A stretch of DNA of 64,000 nt from Takakia lepidozioides (GCA_030704615.1 CM060734.1:45012001-45076000), one strand, 5' to 3'. Counted from the first letter of the stretch, positions 50,560-63,932 are shown. The notes: generated by a model not told the origin, from the letters alone. Made by a program: numbers and translations.

Positions 50560-51808
50560 AATGATGTTTTCTTGGAAAGATGCGAGTGTCTTGCTTCATT
50601 CATTGATCCGTGACGTAGCTACTCACTATCCACCATTTTCCCGAAAGTATTGACCATGATGTACTGTTGAGTGCATTTCCTGTGCCATAAATCCACAGGA
50701 AATGATAGTGGGGTCTACCCGGCATAGGTGGGAAGTCAGCCCATAACTGCACTTGACTGAAGGGGTGATTTTTGACTGATTATGGGGACAGTGGATGGAA
50801 ATCAGAGTGCCGTCGTAATTCTGGGTTTGGGTGGTGGAGCTTCTCCAAAGCTTGAAGATGGAAGTGAATACGAATTTTAATGAGCTTGATGAGAGGGGCA
50901 GCCTTGTGCACAAGTTTGTTCAGCATCTTAAATTTGGACATCTTTGTTTGTTTGTTTCTCGTGGTGTGGCTTTGGATGGAGCCCTTGACGAACTTGCATG
51001 AATATTGTCAAAAGCTAGCCTTAACCCACCAAGATCCAATCCCATGGTGGATGCTTGAAAGTTCATACAGTGAATGTAAGGGTATTTGGGTATGTTGTCA
51101 TTGGTTGATGCGGCTTGTGAAAATTGAACATTGAAATGCAGATCCGCCATTTTTCTTCCAGAAAAAAACAAAACACGGGACCTCTGCATGTAACACAGTG
51201 GGGATGACCCACCCCTTTTTTTTGTGAAAAATTGAAGGTAGTTCTCAAAATTCGTCGCTAGTAGTGCGGAGCAATGCGAAGCCCTAGTTCTAGCGAAGAC
51301 TGAAGGTCAGAAGCTAGTTTAGCGTAGAGCAGGAATAGGGTGCCAAAGTGCCACGTCAACATCGCCACGTTTCGTAGTCAAATTCTGTCGAGTCTGCCCT
51401 GATTGCCCGTGCGAAAAACCCCAAAGCGCCAAGTTGTTTTGGAATTGCCCGGACTGCCCGGTTCTTGAAGTTCTTGAACTGCAGGAGCTATGCGTTTTCC
51501 GTCCCTCGTGCACTTTGCAAGCTCTCAACAGTCTCGCTGCTCAATGCAAACCGTGGCCTTTCCCTCATTTGATCAGCTTCGGTTTTCGTGCAAAGGCTCC
51601 GCAGATCACATCATTTTGCTTATGACTGAAAATGAGATGTTTGAAAAACTGTATTATATATGTTCCTCTAAATTCAGTTGGTGATATCTGAACTTTTCAG
51701 AACTGCATGGGCAAGTTAGGATGGCATATGTGAAGATGTTCTGCATCACACAAGGTTTCACTATTATTGATCTAGGTCTGGTGGTCAAACATTGGGTTGT
51801 GCACTCAG

Positions 51809-52340
51809 GTGTGTGCTCTGCAATGGAACCGGCATCAAAAGGAGATACTGAGCAGCCATGGGTTCAGCCAGAATCAACTGTGCTTGCGGAAGTATCCATC
51901 TATGGCCAAAATTGCTGAACTCACTGGTCACACTGCCCGTGTTCTCCATCTTGCCCAGGTTTTAAGACTTCTTTCTGTTGACATTCTAGTGTTTCCAAAG
52001 ATGACAATTTGCAGAATTTCATTTCATATTACACTTGCGTTTGTACTACTCTAGGGTTCAGAGGAGCCGTGTTGCAGCTCTGGCTCGAAAATGCACATGT
52101 GGATCCATAATGCCACTGGCGGTCCAACATCGTCATTGCCATCGTTTGTTGAAATTGAGTGAATTACTCATGATTTTAGTGCTGTAATTTGTGTAGAGCC
52201 CTGATGGAACAATGGTAGTCTCCGCTGCTGCGGATGAGACACTTCGCTTTTGGAAGGTATTTGGGATGGCACAACCTGTCAAGAAGGTCTCCATGGGAGG
52301 AACTGGTGATCTGTCATTGCGAAGTATTAACATAAGATAG
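51809..52340 (+). pseudogene. CDC20: CDC20-like WD40 gene fragment (last two exons)
   Basis: 51809-51958 reads [50 protein letters not shown]; 52197-52340 reads [28 protein letters not shown] (IR tail); no upstream exons seen. Confidence 0.88.
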
Positions 52341-52679
52341 GAGTGCCAGCTGTGGACTACAAAAATCAGAGCTCCAACATAGCAGGAAGCAAAACATTGA
52401 TGCCTTGGGACAGGGGGTCACCACCTCAACAGAATGCCGGTTTTAAAAGCATAATGAAATTCATGATCCATGTCCAGTTTCTGCTGTAAATGGTGGGTTG
52501 GTTGACAAACTTCAATGTTTGGCATCACTGAGGCAGAAAACATTTCATGAGGTGAGGACTGACACCTTCCACTTTTGTCTATTGGGGGGCTAATAGGTAG
52601 ACATAGGTGGCCTGTCCCACCCAGGATGCTCATATCTAAGGGCATAAGTGTGCACATCAATTATTACAAGCTAACACTT

Positions 52680-53657
52680 CAGTTGGCTTTGGAGATCTAT
52701 GAGCAAAACAGAAAGGGGTTATGCCCAACCAGGTAACGGTTGTGTGCGTTCTCAATGCATGTGCCAGCCTGGTGGCTGAACGAGATGTGCTCTCCTGGAG
52801 TGCAATGATTTCAGGATATGCCCAGCATGGAGTTGGTAGGGAGGCTTTGGAGACATATGAGCGAATGATATGGGAAGGGGTGACACCAACCAGGTACCTT
52901 TTGTTTCTGTTTTCAATGCCTGTGCCAGCCTGGCAGCCCTGGGAAAGGCCACAGAAATCCATGCTGACATTATCAAAGCTGGAATTTCACTTTGGAAAGT
53001 ACCCTTGTTGACATGTATGCCAAATGCGGGGATATAAAGAATGCATGGCTAGTGTTTGACAATATGGTTGAACGAGATGTGGTCTCATGGAGTGCTATGA
53101 TTGCAGGATATGCTCAGCACGGGTGTGGTAGGGTGGCCCTGCAACTATTGGAACAAACGCAACAGGAAGGGTTGAAGCCGAATGGTATCACTTTTATATG
53201 TGTTCTCTCTGCATGTAGCCATGTGCGACTAGTAGATGAAGGCAGTCATTACTTTGATTCTATGAGTCAAGCTCATGGCCTTACTTCCACAGACCAGCAT
53301 TTTGGTTGCATGGTGGACCTTCTAGGCCGTGCAGGGCATGTGGATGAGGCAGAGGACTTCATCAAGAAAATGCCAAGCGAACCAGCTGCTACAGTCTGGG
53401 GGACTTTGCTTGGTGCCTGCAGAATTCATGGGAATCTGGAGGTGGCAGAACGTGCAGCAGAATACCTTCTTGAGTGGGATCCGCAGGATGCGGCAACGTA
53501 TGTGCTTCTATCCAACATCTATGCTGCAGCTGGCAGGTGGGACAATGCCGCAAAGGTGAGGAGGGTGATGTGGGACAGAGGTGTCAGGAGGGAGCCTGGT
53601 CAATGCTGCATAGAGGTCTATAGTCAGGTGCAATCGAGGCAATTGAGTGTTTTATAA
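52680..53657 (+). pseudogene. PLS-PPR with E domain, 5'-disrupted
   Basis: 221-aa open stretch LVDMYAKCG..CMVDLLGRAG..LLGACRIHGN..YVLLSNIYAAAGRW..RREPGQCCIEV; upstream repeats frameshifted; no DYW. Confidence 0.88.
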
Positions 53658-54479
53658 GTGTTTTATACAGCCATGGGAATTTTCTTTGAAATGGCAGCTA
53701 CAAAAGCGAATTTATAGCCTCCATTCTTCCTTTCTCTACTGTCCAAAAACCAATCAGAAGGTTCATGGATACAGCAGGCAAGGGTACCACTGACAGTTTG
53801 GAGGCTGTAATGGCTGCATGTGTGTGGGGAAATAGAAGCCCCTCTTGGAACAGGAGTAAGATTGACCTGCATTGGCAGCATCCGCAGGCAAGTCATGCAC
53901 CTTTCATGTACCCTCTTCTTCCACTACACAACATGTCCTTCAAGAAATTCTGCTTTGATTACCCAATAACTGTGTTGTATTTGTGGATACATCTCAATGT
54001 GTTTATCCTTCGACTTGCTCCATTTCATGCAGGATTCAGTGTGTAGCCTGCTAACAGCACCAACGGATGTGCACACAATAAGAGCTAAGCACCAAGTGCA
54101 TGCCATTGCCAGAGAGGGATGGAGGATCAGATGAGGGTTTGACAGATTCAACAAAAATCATTAACAGAGGGTGGCTGAACACTGGGAATTCTACTGCTCG
54201 CTCACAGTCCCGAATGTGCATGGATTAATGAATGGGAAGTCCAAAACACTGGATGGGATGCCTTCCCTTCCTCACCCATTCATTATGTTCCTGTTAACAA
54301 TGGCTGGGATGCTATCCCTTGCAATACTACAGTTAATGATGAACACAATCCTTCAGGTGGGTGGTCAACCTCCAACACTGCGATAGACCCCAATTGGGTT
54401 CCTTCTGGAAGAGAAACAGACGAGTTGTGGCTGGCCCGTCATGGAGGCAAATGACAAAGTCAATGCCATGCCATCACAA

Positions 54480-56485
54480 TGTGCATGCAGGGTATGCACA
54501 ACAGGGACGTGGTATGGAGGCTTTGGAGACTTATGAACAAATGATGGGAGAAGGTGTGAAGCCCGACCACATCACGTTTGGGTGCGTTTGCAAGCCTGGC
54601 AGCTCTGGAAAGGGGCAAAGAGGTCCATGGCGACATTGTCAGAGCTACAATTGTACCAAATGTCATTATGAACAATACCCCCATGGACATGTATGAAGGG
54701 AGTGTCCGTTAGTATGGCTGAACGAGATGTGGTGTCATGGAGTGTGATGATTGTAGGATATGCACAGCAAGGGCTCGGGATGGAGGCTTTGGAGACCTAT
54801 AAGCAAATGATGTGCGAAGGGGGTGAAGCCCAACCACATGACGTTTGTTTGCATTTGCAATGCGTGTGCAAGCCTGGCAGCCTGGAAAAGTGCAAAGAGG
54901 TCCATGGTGACATTATCAAATCTGGAAGTGTACCCGATGTCATTCTGAACACTGCCCTGGTGGACATGTATGTCAAATGTGGGTGCATCGAGGATGCAAA
55001 TGGAGTGTTTGACAGTATGGCTGAACGTGATGTGGTGTCGTGGAGTGTGATGATTGCAAGATATGCACAGCAAGGGTGCGGGATGGAGGCGTTGGAGACC
55101 TATGAGCAAATGATGTGCGAAGGGGTGAAAACCAACCACATCACATTTGTTTGTGTTTGCAAATGCGTGTGCAAGCCTGGGAGCTCTGGAAAAGGGGAAA
55201 GAGGTCCATGGTGACATCGTTAAAGCTGGAATTGTACCAGATGTCATCCTGAACACTGCCCTGGTGGACATGTATGCCAAATGTGGGTGCATTAAGGATG
55301 CGAAGGGAGTTAATTTCAACCCTATGGCTGAACGAGATGTGGTGTCGTGGAACGCGATGCTTGCAGGGGTATGCACAGCAGGGGCGTGGGATGGAGGCTT
55401 TGGAGACCTATGAGCAAATGATGGGGGAAGGGGTGAAGCCCAACCACATCACGTTTGTGTGCGTTTGCAGTTTGTGCAGCCCTGGAAAAGGGCAAAGAGG
55501 TGCATGGTTGCATCGCCAAAGCTGGAATTGTACCAGATGTGATTCTGAACAATACCCTCGTGGCTCATATATGCCAAATGTGGAAGCATTGAGGATGCGG
55601 AGGGAGTGTTCAACAGTATGGCTGAACGAGATTTGGTGTCATGGAACGCCATGCTTGCAGGATATGCACAGCAGGGGCGCGGGATGCAGGCCTGGAGACC
55701 TATGAGCAAATGATGGGGGAAGGGGTAGAAGTGCAACCACATCAGTATCACCTTTATATGTGTTCTCTCTGCAAGCCACACTGGCTTACTGAATGAAGGA
55801 AGATGCTACTTCGATTCCTTGAGTCAAGGTCATGGTGTCACCCCGCCAGTGAAGCACTTTGGCTGCATGGTGGACCTTCTGGACGTGCGGGACAACTACA
55901 TGAGGCAGTGGACCTGATTAGTAAATGCCAATCAATCCAGATGTTGTGGTGTGGAAGGCCTTGCTTGGTGCTTGCAGAATCCATGGCAATGTGGAGATGG
56001 CTGAATGTGTGGCAACATCTATCCTCAAGTGGGATGAACAGGATGCCGCGACTTATGTGTTGCTATATCAAATATCTATGCTGCAGCTGGCAGGTGGGAT
56101 GATACTGCAAAGGTGAGAAGAATGATGAAGGTCACAGGGGTTAGAAAGGAGCCAGATGACAAGTTGCATCCCAGAATTAAGGAAATCCATGCTGAGCTGA
56201 GAAGATTGTCTGGGCAGATGAAGGAGGCGGGGTATGTGCCTGACACACGCTTTTTACTGCATGATGTGGAGGAAATGAATTTTCTCTTTGCCACCAGAGT
56301 GAGAAGCTGGCCATTGGTTTTGGGCTGATCAACACGACTCATCAAGAATCTTCGAGGGTGTGGAGACTGCCACACCTCCACCAAATTCATCTCAAAGATT
56401 GTTGGCCGAGCAATTGTTGTATGGGACACTAACTACTTTCCACCACTTTGAAGATGGGATTTGTTCTTGTGGTGATTACTGGTGA
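54480..56485 (+). pseudogene. PLS-PPR-DYW pseudogene
   Basis: About four tandem P-L-S triplets with many frameshifts, E domain, CHQSEKLAIGFGL, CGDCH, CSCGDYW*. Confidence 0.92.
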
Positions 56486-57108
56486 AAGGATGTTTTCTTG
56501 GAAAGATGCTAGTGTCTTGCTTCATTCATTGATCTGTGTAGCTACTCAGACCATCCACCATTTCCTGATAGTGGGGTCTACCCGGCATAGGTGGGAAGTC
56601 AGCCCACAATTGCACTTGACTGAAGGGGTGATTCTTGACTGATTCTGGTGCTGTCCTAATTCTGGGTTTGGGTGGTGGAGCTTCTCCAAAGCTTCAAGAT
56701 GGAAGTGAATACGAATTTTAATGAGCTTGATGAGAGGGGCAGTCCTGTGCACAAGTTTGTTCAGCATCTTAAATTTGGACATGTTTGTTTGTTTCTCGTG
56801 GTGTGGCTTTGGATGGAGCCCTTGACGAACTTGCATGAATATTGTCAAAAGCTAGCCTTAACCCACCAAGATCCAATCCCATGGTGGATGCTTGAAAGTT
56901 CATATAGTGAATGTAAGGGTATTTGGGTATGTTGTTATTGATTGATGCGGCTTGTGAAAATTGAACATTGAAATGCAGATCTGCCTTTTTTCTTCCAGAA
57001 AAAACAAAACACGGGATCTCTGCATGTAACAGTGTGGGGATGACCCACCCTTGAACGTAGTTCTCAGAATTCGTCGCTAGTAGTGTGGAGCAACGGGAAG
57101 CCCTAGTA

Positions 57109-58184
57109 ATGTAAGAGCTTAGTGCGACAACCAGCATGTAGCCCAGTGGTAATGGGCACATACCACGTTGGATGTGGTTGTGGGTTCAAACCACGGTCTG
57201 GTGTGTCATGAAAGTGTCCACTTTTCAGCTGGAAGGATGTAGCCCTTGTGGTCAAGTGACACCATAAGTTACGCTCCCTTCGGAGGCGTCATACTTTACT
57301 TTACTTTAGAGCTTAGTGGCTCTAGTGCAAGTGTGCGATTCCACAGTATGCCCATATTTGGCCTGTCAAATCTTCCCCACCCTTTCTCGAGAGTGACATA
57401 GATTGGAGTGACACAAGACACTAGAGTGACAATGGGGGGGTGACATCCCTGGAGTGGCACTAGTAGTTGGAGTGACACCGGAGGGACATTGGACAATGGA
57501 GTGACTCAGCGCACTTTTTGCGGTTTTTTTCTGCTGCTCGGTGTAGTGGTCAAAGGAAGGTTCCCTCCATTGTTGTGCCGCCAAACTACTTGTTGATATA
57601 CAACAATTAGTTGCATTCTAAATCCTTAATAGTGAAAGGGGCCGGGGAGGATTTGAAAGGGGCCCTAGATCGTAATCAATAATATTATGTTTCATAATGT
57701 GCGAGCGCAAATGGCATAATGTCCTAGTGGCAATAGGGCGGAAATTTTGCTTTTTAATCCTCCTCCAAATCGCCATACTAGGCAGGCAAAATCCTTATTT
57801 AACGCAAGCGTATGATCTACGACAGTATAGTATGCTGGTTTCAGCCCCTACAGAGTGACACAAGACACCTGGTGACATGGAACAGGGTGGCCACACACTC
57901 CCACTTAGTGTTACGAAATGCATAGAAATACGAGTTACATGGAACAGGTTGACAATCACCAGAGTGACATAGACAGGGGTGACATAGCAGTCCACCAATA
58001 ATAGAATCGAAGGTACCATCACCACCACCTTACCAGCAAACTACTCGTCGCTACACAACGACCATTAGCATTTTAAAATCTCTAATAGCGAGTCTGGGGT
58101 ATGAGGGGGTGGGGAAGATTTAACTTAATCCGATGAATGTACCATTGGATCATTGGATCGCACACTTGCATTAAGTTCTTACAT
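57109..58184. mobile_element. MITE-like element flanked by TA
   Basis: TAATGTAAGAGCTTAGTGC (57107-57125) versus the reverse complement at 58168-58186, 17/19; truncates the duplicated block at 57106. Confidence 0.6.
57130..57202 (+). other. tRNA-like / SINE-head sequence inside the MITE
   Basis: A-box-like TAGCCCAGTGG, B-box GGTTCAAACC, ACCAG..CTGGT terminal pairing, ~73 nt; no canonical anticodon arm. Confidence 0.5.
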
Positions 58185-58902
58185 TATTGCATATACTAAA
58201 TCTTAATTTTAAAAATAAAAGTTTTTTTCTCAGCTAAGTAAATGGTAGGCCCATTCACACCAAGATTAAAATTCTGCCTTTGGACTAGGGGGCTGTCCCC
58301 TGTGTACCTCTATGGCTCAGAAAGATTCCCGCTCAAGGCCAATGGCAGTGGCTCAGATTTCCTTGGAGGAAATAATAACTTTCCAACTTCAATTAGTGTC
58401 TAAGAAAAAGTTAACATAACATGACATATGGAGGGGAAGTGGCTTACCATCAACAGAATGTGGTAAGGCAAAAATCGTGTGTGAATGGGCCATAGAGCAT
58501 GTTTGCCTCGTTATATCCAAGTGTTCCCTAAAAACTCAGGTGATGGTGTTCCGCTGTTTCTTCCAAACATATGCAGTCATTTCATCCATATTTTCTTAGA
58601 GAGACAGGAACCCCAAGGAATAGAGGGTGGAAAGAAAAACTTGAAATCTCACAACTAGTGCTGCAGAAACTGCCTCTCAAACAAGGGGGACATTGCCAAA
58701 GGTGATCATTGAGAATTTGTTGTGCTAATGCCTCTTTGGAATGCCATCTTAAATTGGGGTACTCCGCATTGTTACATTGTGGGTTGTTGGCACGATCAAT
58801 CACCTCCATCAACGAGAAATACTGAATTTTTTGAATGTCAAAATGCATTGGTTATATCACAATATACAAGCACAATAAGTGGTGGTTGGGAAAGAGTGAA
58901 AC

Positions 58903-61900
58903 CTAAATTGATTGGACTGTTCTGGAACTCTCAGAAGCAAGCAATGGCTCATTTCTACTGCCAGCTGAGGTAGTATCAGCTGAGCTCTCATCTTCCTCAG
59001 ACACAAAATCATCTGGTAAAATTGCATTGCAATCGATCACCACCCAAGGTTGTCGTTCCTCTTGGAATGCCCTACAAAATGACAAACACATTTTCCAGAC
59101 TATTTAGAGAAAATTCTGGTGCATCATGGCATGTGTGCACAAGGATCACATGAGGACACTTCACACAATCATGAAAAGAAAAACACGTCAATGTCACTTC
59201 AGGCTCACTGACCTAGCCCTATTATACATCATAGTCAATCTAAATCACAACAACAGAGCTAAATGCTTCCTCCAGGTGGAAATTCAGGCAAAATTCTTCT
59301 CATACTTTTCTGCCCAAGATGTTGGTTTCCAGTGTTTCCATCAATCAAATCTGCACATATCTTGCGAAACCCTCCCATGTTCATGGATTTTCGTTCTGTA
59401 CTAGTTTCTGGTTTGCCAAACTGCAATCATCAGATCTATGTGTCCTCCACATTACTTGCCTCTCAGCTTCTGGATCCAGAAGCCGGTTTCCAGTGAGACT
59501 CTTAACTCCAACCAGAAGTTGAGAGGGAAGACAATGTGGAGGTCACATAGATCTGATGATCGCAGTTTGGCAACCAGAAAACTAGTACAGACCGAAAATT
59601 CCCAAACATGGGTATACAAACTGGTAGAGTTTGGCAAGATATGTGCAGATTTGATTGATGGAAGTTGGTGCAAGCCAAACCAACAGTTCGTACAGACCAC
59701 AAATTCCACAATGTATTGCTACAAAAAGAGTTTCCAGAACTGGTTGTCTGCCAAACATGGAATGACACCTTCAGGCCTACCACATCTGATTAGACTGGGA
59801 TTCAGCCTCAGTGTCCTCACCATTTCTTGGACAGCCCATATGCCAAGTAAAAACAACAGACTGAGCAATCATGAGAAAGCCATGAAGGGAGTAATGGGTA
59901 AGCAGCATACGGGTGTTTGCACAGCATGGGAGCATGGAAAACCACTGTATATTTGCACGTGGGAGCCTCCTTGATGGAGTTGATCAGTGCTCTTCCTGTC
60001 TCTGAGCACACAAATCTCACCTGCAACCCAGCAGTCAGCGTCCACATTAGACTGCACCAACAAAACTCATTATTATACAGGAAGTTCTGTCGATATCTAT
60101 GAGATTCAGAGTCTAATTTCTTGAAAATTAGACATGTCTCTGCTTGTGGCTTCTCTGTCTGGTCTTTCAAGCCTGACCTTAGGGCCATCAGCCAGCCTGA
60201 AGGTCAAATAACAATGAGCCTAAGACTCTCCTTTTCCAACCAAAACCTTTGGTAGTCACAATGACCACTGTATTTCTCATGTTTCATACTAAAGGCAGGA
60301 ACTTCATACTGCGCAATCGAAGCCTTATTCGTGCATGTCGATCCAGACCCGGTGGATACTCCAGAGTGCTCAAAGTTACAGTTTGAACCTGACTTCCAGA
60401 GGTTCAGTTATAATTCCTAGCCCTCTATGAAACTGGTACATGAGCAGGGGAATATCACTGTGTTTAAGAAAGGTACCTCTGTCTCGCGGGGCTTGTCTGT
60501 AAGATCACAGCGAGTACCATTTGTGTACACATGTGCATGATATCTACTCTCCCAATCACACAAAACAAGTCATCAATTCTCCCAACTTGCCTGTGGAAGG
60601 AATAAAGGAAAGAGAGAGATATATTCATTGACTCTACCTGGTAAACCAAGACCATTAACTTAGGGTCCTAACGACAAGGGTATGAAACTCAAGACCAGAG
60701 AGTCCATGACAGAGCGGACACTGACACATGAGATGATCTTGATTCCAGCCCTGCACGTAGTCCTCTGCCATAAGACAGATTATGGCAGGGACAGATGTAC
60801 TCGTGGACCTTAAGTAGATGCTCTTAAGTAGACCCTACAAGTACTACGCCTGGAAAGTGGATTGTAGGGTTTCGTCCACCTGGGTATATGAAACTAAGCC
60901 CAAATTGCAAGCAAAGCTGACTACAACCCAGTATTTGGAATTGAGTGTTGGTTTATGCCTTGGCATTGAGATTGTGCTCAATAGCATGAAATTGATCCCA
61001 CCAACTGCCGCTTTAGCCCTCTAGCTTGCAACAAATGTAGCACAGGTGGCTGTGGTTGCCCTATCAGCCACTCTGTTGACATAAAAGGGAAGGTGGCATG
61101 CAGGAAAGAATGAAAGGGGCCCACAGGAAACCTCAGGGCTTAAGAGAGAGGGAAAGAAATAAATAAGGAAACTTTAGAGATATGATGATGTGCTCTAGAG
61201 ATGTTGCTTGTCATAGCCTTGGGGCCATAGACCCCATATGCCTGGAGAGAGAACGTACTCATAAGATGTTGTTTGCTGTAGCCTTGTGGCCATTGACCCC
61301 GCGCCCAGTTTGAGCGGAACACAAACAGAGAGAACATGTATGTGTGCATGAAGGTAGGTATGCACCACCAGCTTAGGTCCAGTCTATACATGACCATAGT
61401 AATACAGGGCTCACACAAAGATGCATTTTGTAAGAGAGTTAGAAGACTGACAGATGTGGAGGTGTATATCTGGGAGCGACCAACATTTGAGGGCTCACCT
61501 TTGTGCAGCACTCTGTGATCGAGGGTCTTTTTGAAGTGAGACATTTGGAGAATTCTTGTGAAATGCTGCCGTAGCCTCAGGATCAAAATTACCCAAAACA
61601 AACTCTTGTACTATCTGCAGATACAGACAGAGATTCCCTGTTACTCCTTGAAAGGCACTAATAAGGAGCTACATAAACACTGACATCACTCAAAAGACCT
61701 TGAACATCGCTGATAAGTTTCAAGATTCTCCCAGATACCTGGATTGAGGAATGGGGATGGAGACTTTGGGAGGCATCCAAAGACCCATCCAATGCAAGAT
61801 TTCCAGCTGTACATCACAAGTATTGAAGAGCGAACTGTTTCCAGATATTCACACTTCAAACAACATCTCTATGTCTCTCTCCTATTTTAAAGAGTCCAGC

Positions 61901-63932
61901 TGTTTGACAAATGGCCGTCAAGCTCCAAACTAGTTTGCAACTATGTGTGAGAGCTGCTCCGATAATATCATATGAGAGGATGACCTGTCACCAGTTAGCA
62001 AGCCAGCCCTAACTTTGAATCTCTTTCGGAACAAGCTTGTATTTTGAACCCTCTTGAGAGGTTGGGTTGGTTGAGGTTGACAACACATCAAGTGGAGAAA
62101 CCAGGCTGCTCAAGGAGAGGCTTGCCTCACAGCTGGCCCCAAATGTTGTGCCTGGGAGGTCCCCAACGATGCCCAACTGACTAACTGACCTGGCAGCCAG
62201 CACATAAACTCACCTAAGAATGCCTTTGCAGGAGGACGTTCAGTTGAACTTCAGATTCAGGTGAGAATTCCTTCCAAATTGGTATTAAGAATGTGAGAGG
62301 TTGTTGGCAGTTTGCCTAGAACTTCTGGTGTTTATTGGTATTATTGGTATATTTTATTCGTGCAGTGCACTGACAAAGGTGAAGAGAAATACCACAGACC
62401 CATATTGCATGCTGACAGTGGTTGACATTGTCTAACGAGCAGATGGCAACAGCATGCTATATGGCGTATCAATGGTGAAATGGAAAAACCTCTTACACTG
62501 AGACAAAAGGAAATATCAGGGGTAGGATGAAATGTATTTAGCTTGACAAAACTCAGCTGCAGCCTATAGGGATTTTAAAGTATTTCGAAGGGGGTCAGCA
62601 ACAGCTGTGAAATCATCCTAATTGGTATTACTCAACAAGTACCTTTTATGTACTCAAAATCACCACCCTTCAGAAAAAAAAAAATGAACCACCTTATCAC
62701 ATGGGTGACCCAGTGATTTGCCAACCGACACGATCCTTGCATGAAATTACCACAAGAAAACATTTTACATTGAACTCAGCAACAGACTACATGAAGATCT
62801 TTATGGAGAAGTGAGACAACCTTACCTTCTTGTCATGCAGGTGGAATTGGCGCAGATGACCTTTGTAGCAAAGTTCGTATATCCACCACCCCTCATACTG
62901 CCAAATTCAATCAATCAGCGACAGATGTACTGTACTACTTCGACCCTTCCTAAAAGCTAGAATAAAAGAAAGTGAAAGCATGGCAAGCCGAAAGTCAGCC
63001 GCTGTTTGCTTGTCATGGAAGGTGTGTAAAACTGAGCAGCAAAGCTCTGAGCACATTCCAAATGCCCATTGCTTGCCATTGTTCCTTCTTTATTTGGGAG
63101 ATGTAACCCTGCACCCATCCCTGCTGGGTGTGATGGACCCTTGTTGCTCATGCAGGCTCTTGTCGACTCCTACGAGGTGAAAATGTCAACATTGTGGCTG
63201 CAGTCCCAGGGCTGAATTAGGAGGCCAAGAACAGCGAAATGGAAACATCAGATAAGGAGGAAAAGCTTTTCAGCTAAGGAGGAAATGGGAACAGAGGTGA
63301 GACCCACCCGACGAAAACACTTGTCCTTCAGGGCATCAAGCAGGTCTTCAGGTGCCTTGCGGATGGAGCGCTCATCAGCCACCATGCCAATGCTGCTGCC
63401 ATTCAACTGACCCTCCTCCTTTTTCAAACCTTGAGTGGTTTGGAGCGGGGGTAAATTACAACAGAACTTCCTCCCATCTCTATCAGTCATCAGCATTGTT
63501 TCCTGGTCTGGTGCCTGTGTAGCCACCAACTTCAGCATTATGACCAACTCTCAAGTGATGGGAAAGTGCCTGTGCATTCAGCTAGGATTCAGAAGTCTAA
63601 ATAGAATCTCTCTAGATATCTTACTTTGTGCTAGGTCGATTTGAATAGGCTAAGCCCTAAATCCTCGTTGATCCTCCTTATCATGATCGAATGTGCACCT
63701 GTCAGGCACCTTGCCCATCCATTGACCCACTGGTGTATGAATATTTGGATTTGCTTGTCCGTATTTGATATTTCAGTTTCTGACAGAGCATCAGCCCAAA
63801 GTCTGGCGGAACATTGTAAGATCCATCAAGCATGGAGCAGATTAAGAGGTTGGAAGGCATGAAAGAAAAACTTACAGGAGGAATAGGTGATTCCATTGGG
63901 TGGAACTCGATTTTGTACTTTGGGTCTTGCAC
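58903..63932 (-). CDS. OS9: OS-9 ER-associated degradation lectin (MRH domain); 5' end beyond or near the window edge
   Basis: Exons: DPKYKIEFHPMESPIPP (~63876-63932+); DQETMLMTDRDGRKFCCNLP..PEDLLDALKDKCFRR (~63308-63513); YEGWWIYELCYKGHLRQFHLHDKK (~62826-62897); IVQEFVLGNFDPEATAAF..AQR (61499-61614); YHAHVYTNGTRCDLTDKPRETE (~60476-60543); VRFVCSE..CKYTVVFHAPMLCKHP (~59911-60020); AFQEERQPWVVIDC..QSI* (58903-59071). Confidence 0.93.
59321..59684. repeat. Long foldback inverted repeat in the last OS9 intron
   Basis: Arm 59321-59474 pairs with 59511-59684, e.g. CATCAATCAAATCTGCACATATCTTGC with GCAAGATATGTGCAGATTTGATTGATG. Confidence 0.85.
61190..61325 (-). repeat. Paired dispersed repeat in an OS9 intron
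   Basis: Reverse complement matches the 17541-17733 repeat (GCGGGGTCAATGGCCACAAGGCTACAGCAAACAACATCTTATGAGTACGTTCTCTC). Confidence 0.8.

Noticed and set aside
57130-57202. Functional tRNA gene
   Set aside because: Acceptor and anticodon arms are non-canonical and it lies inside a MITE-like element
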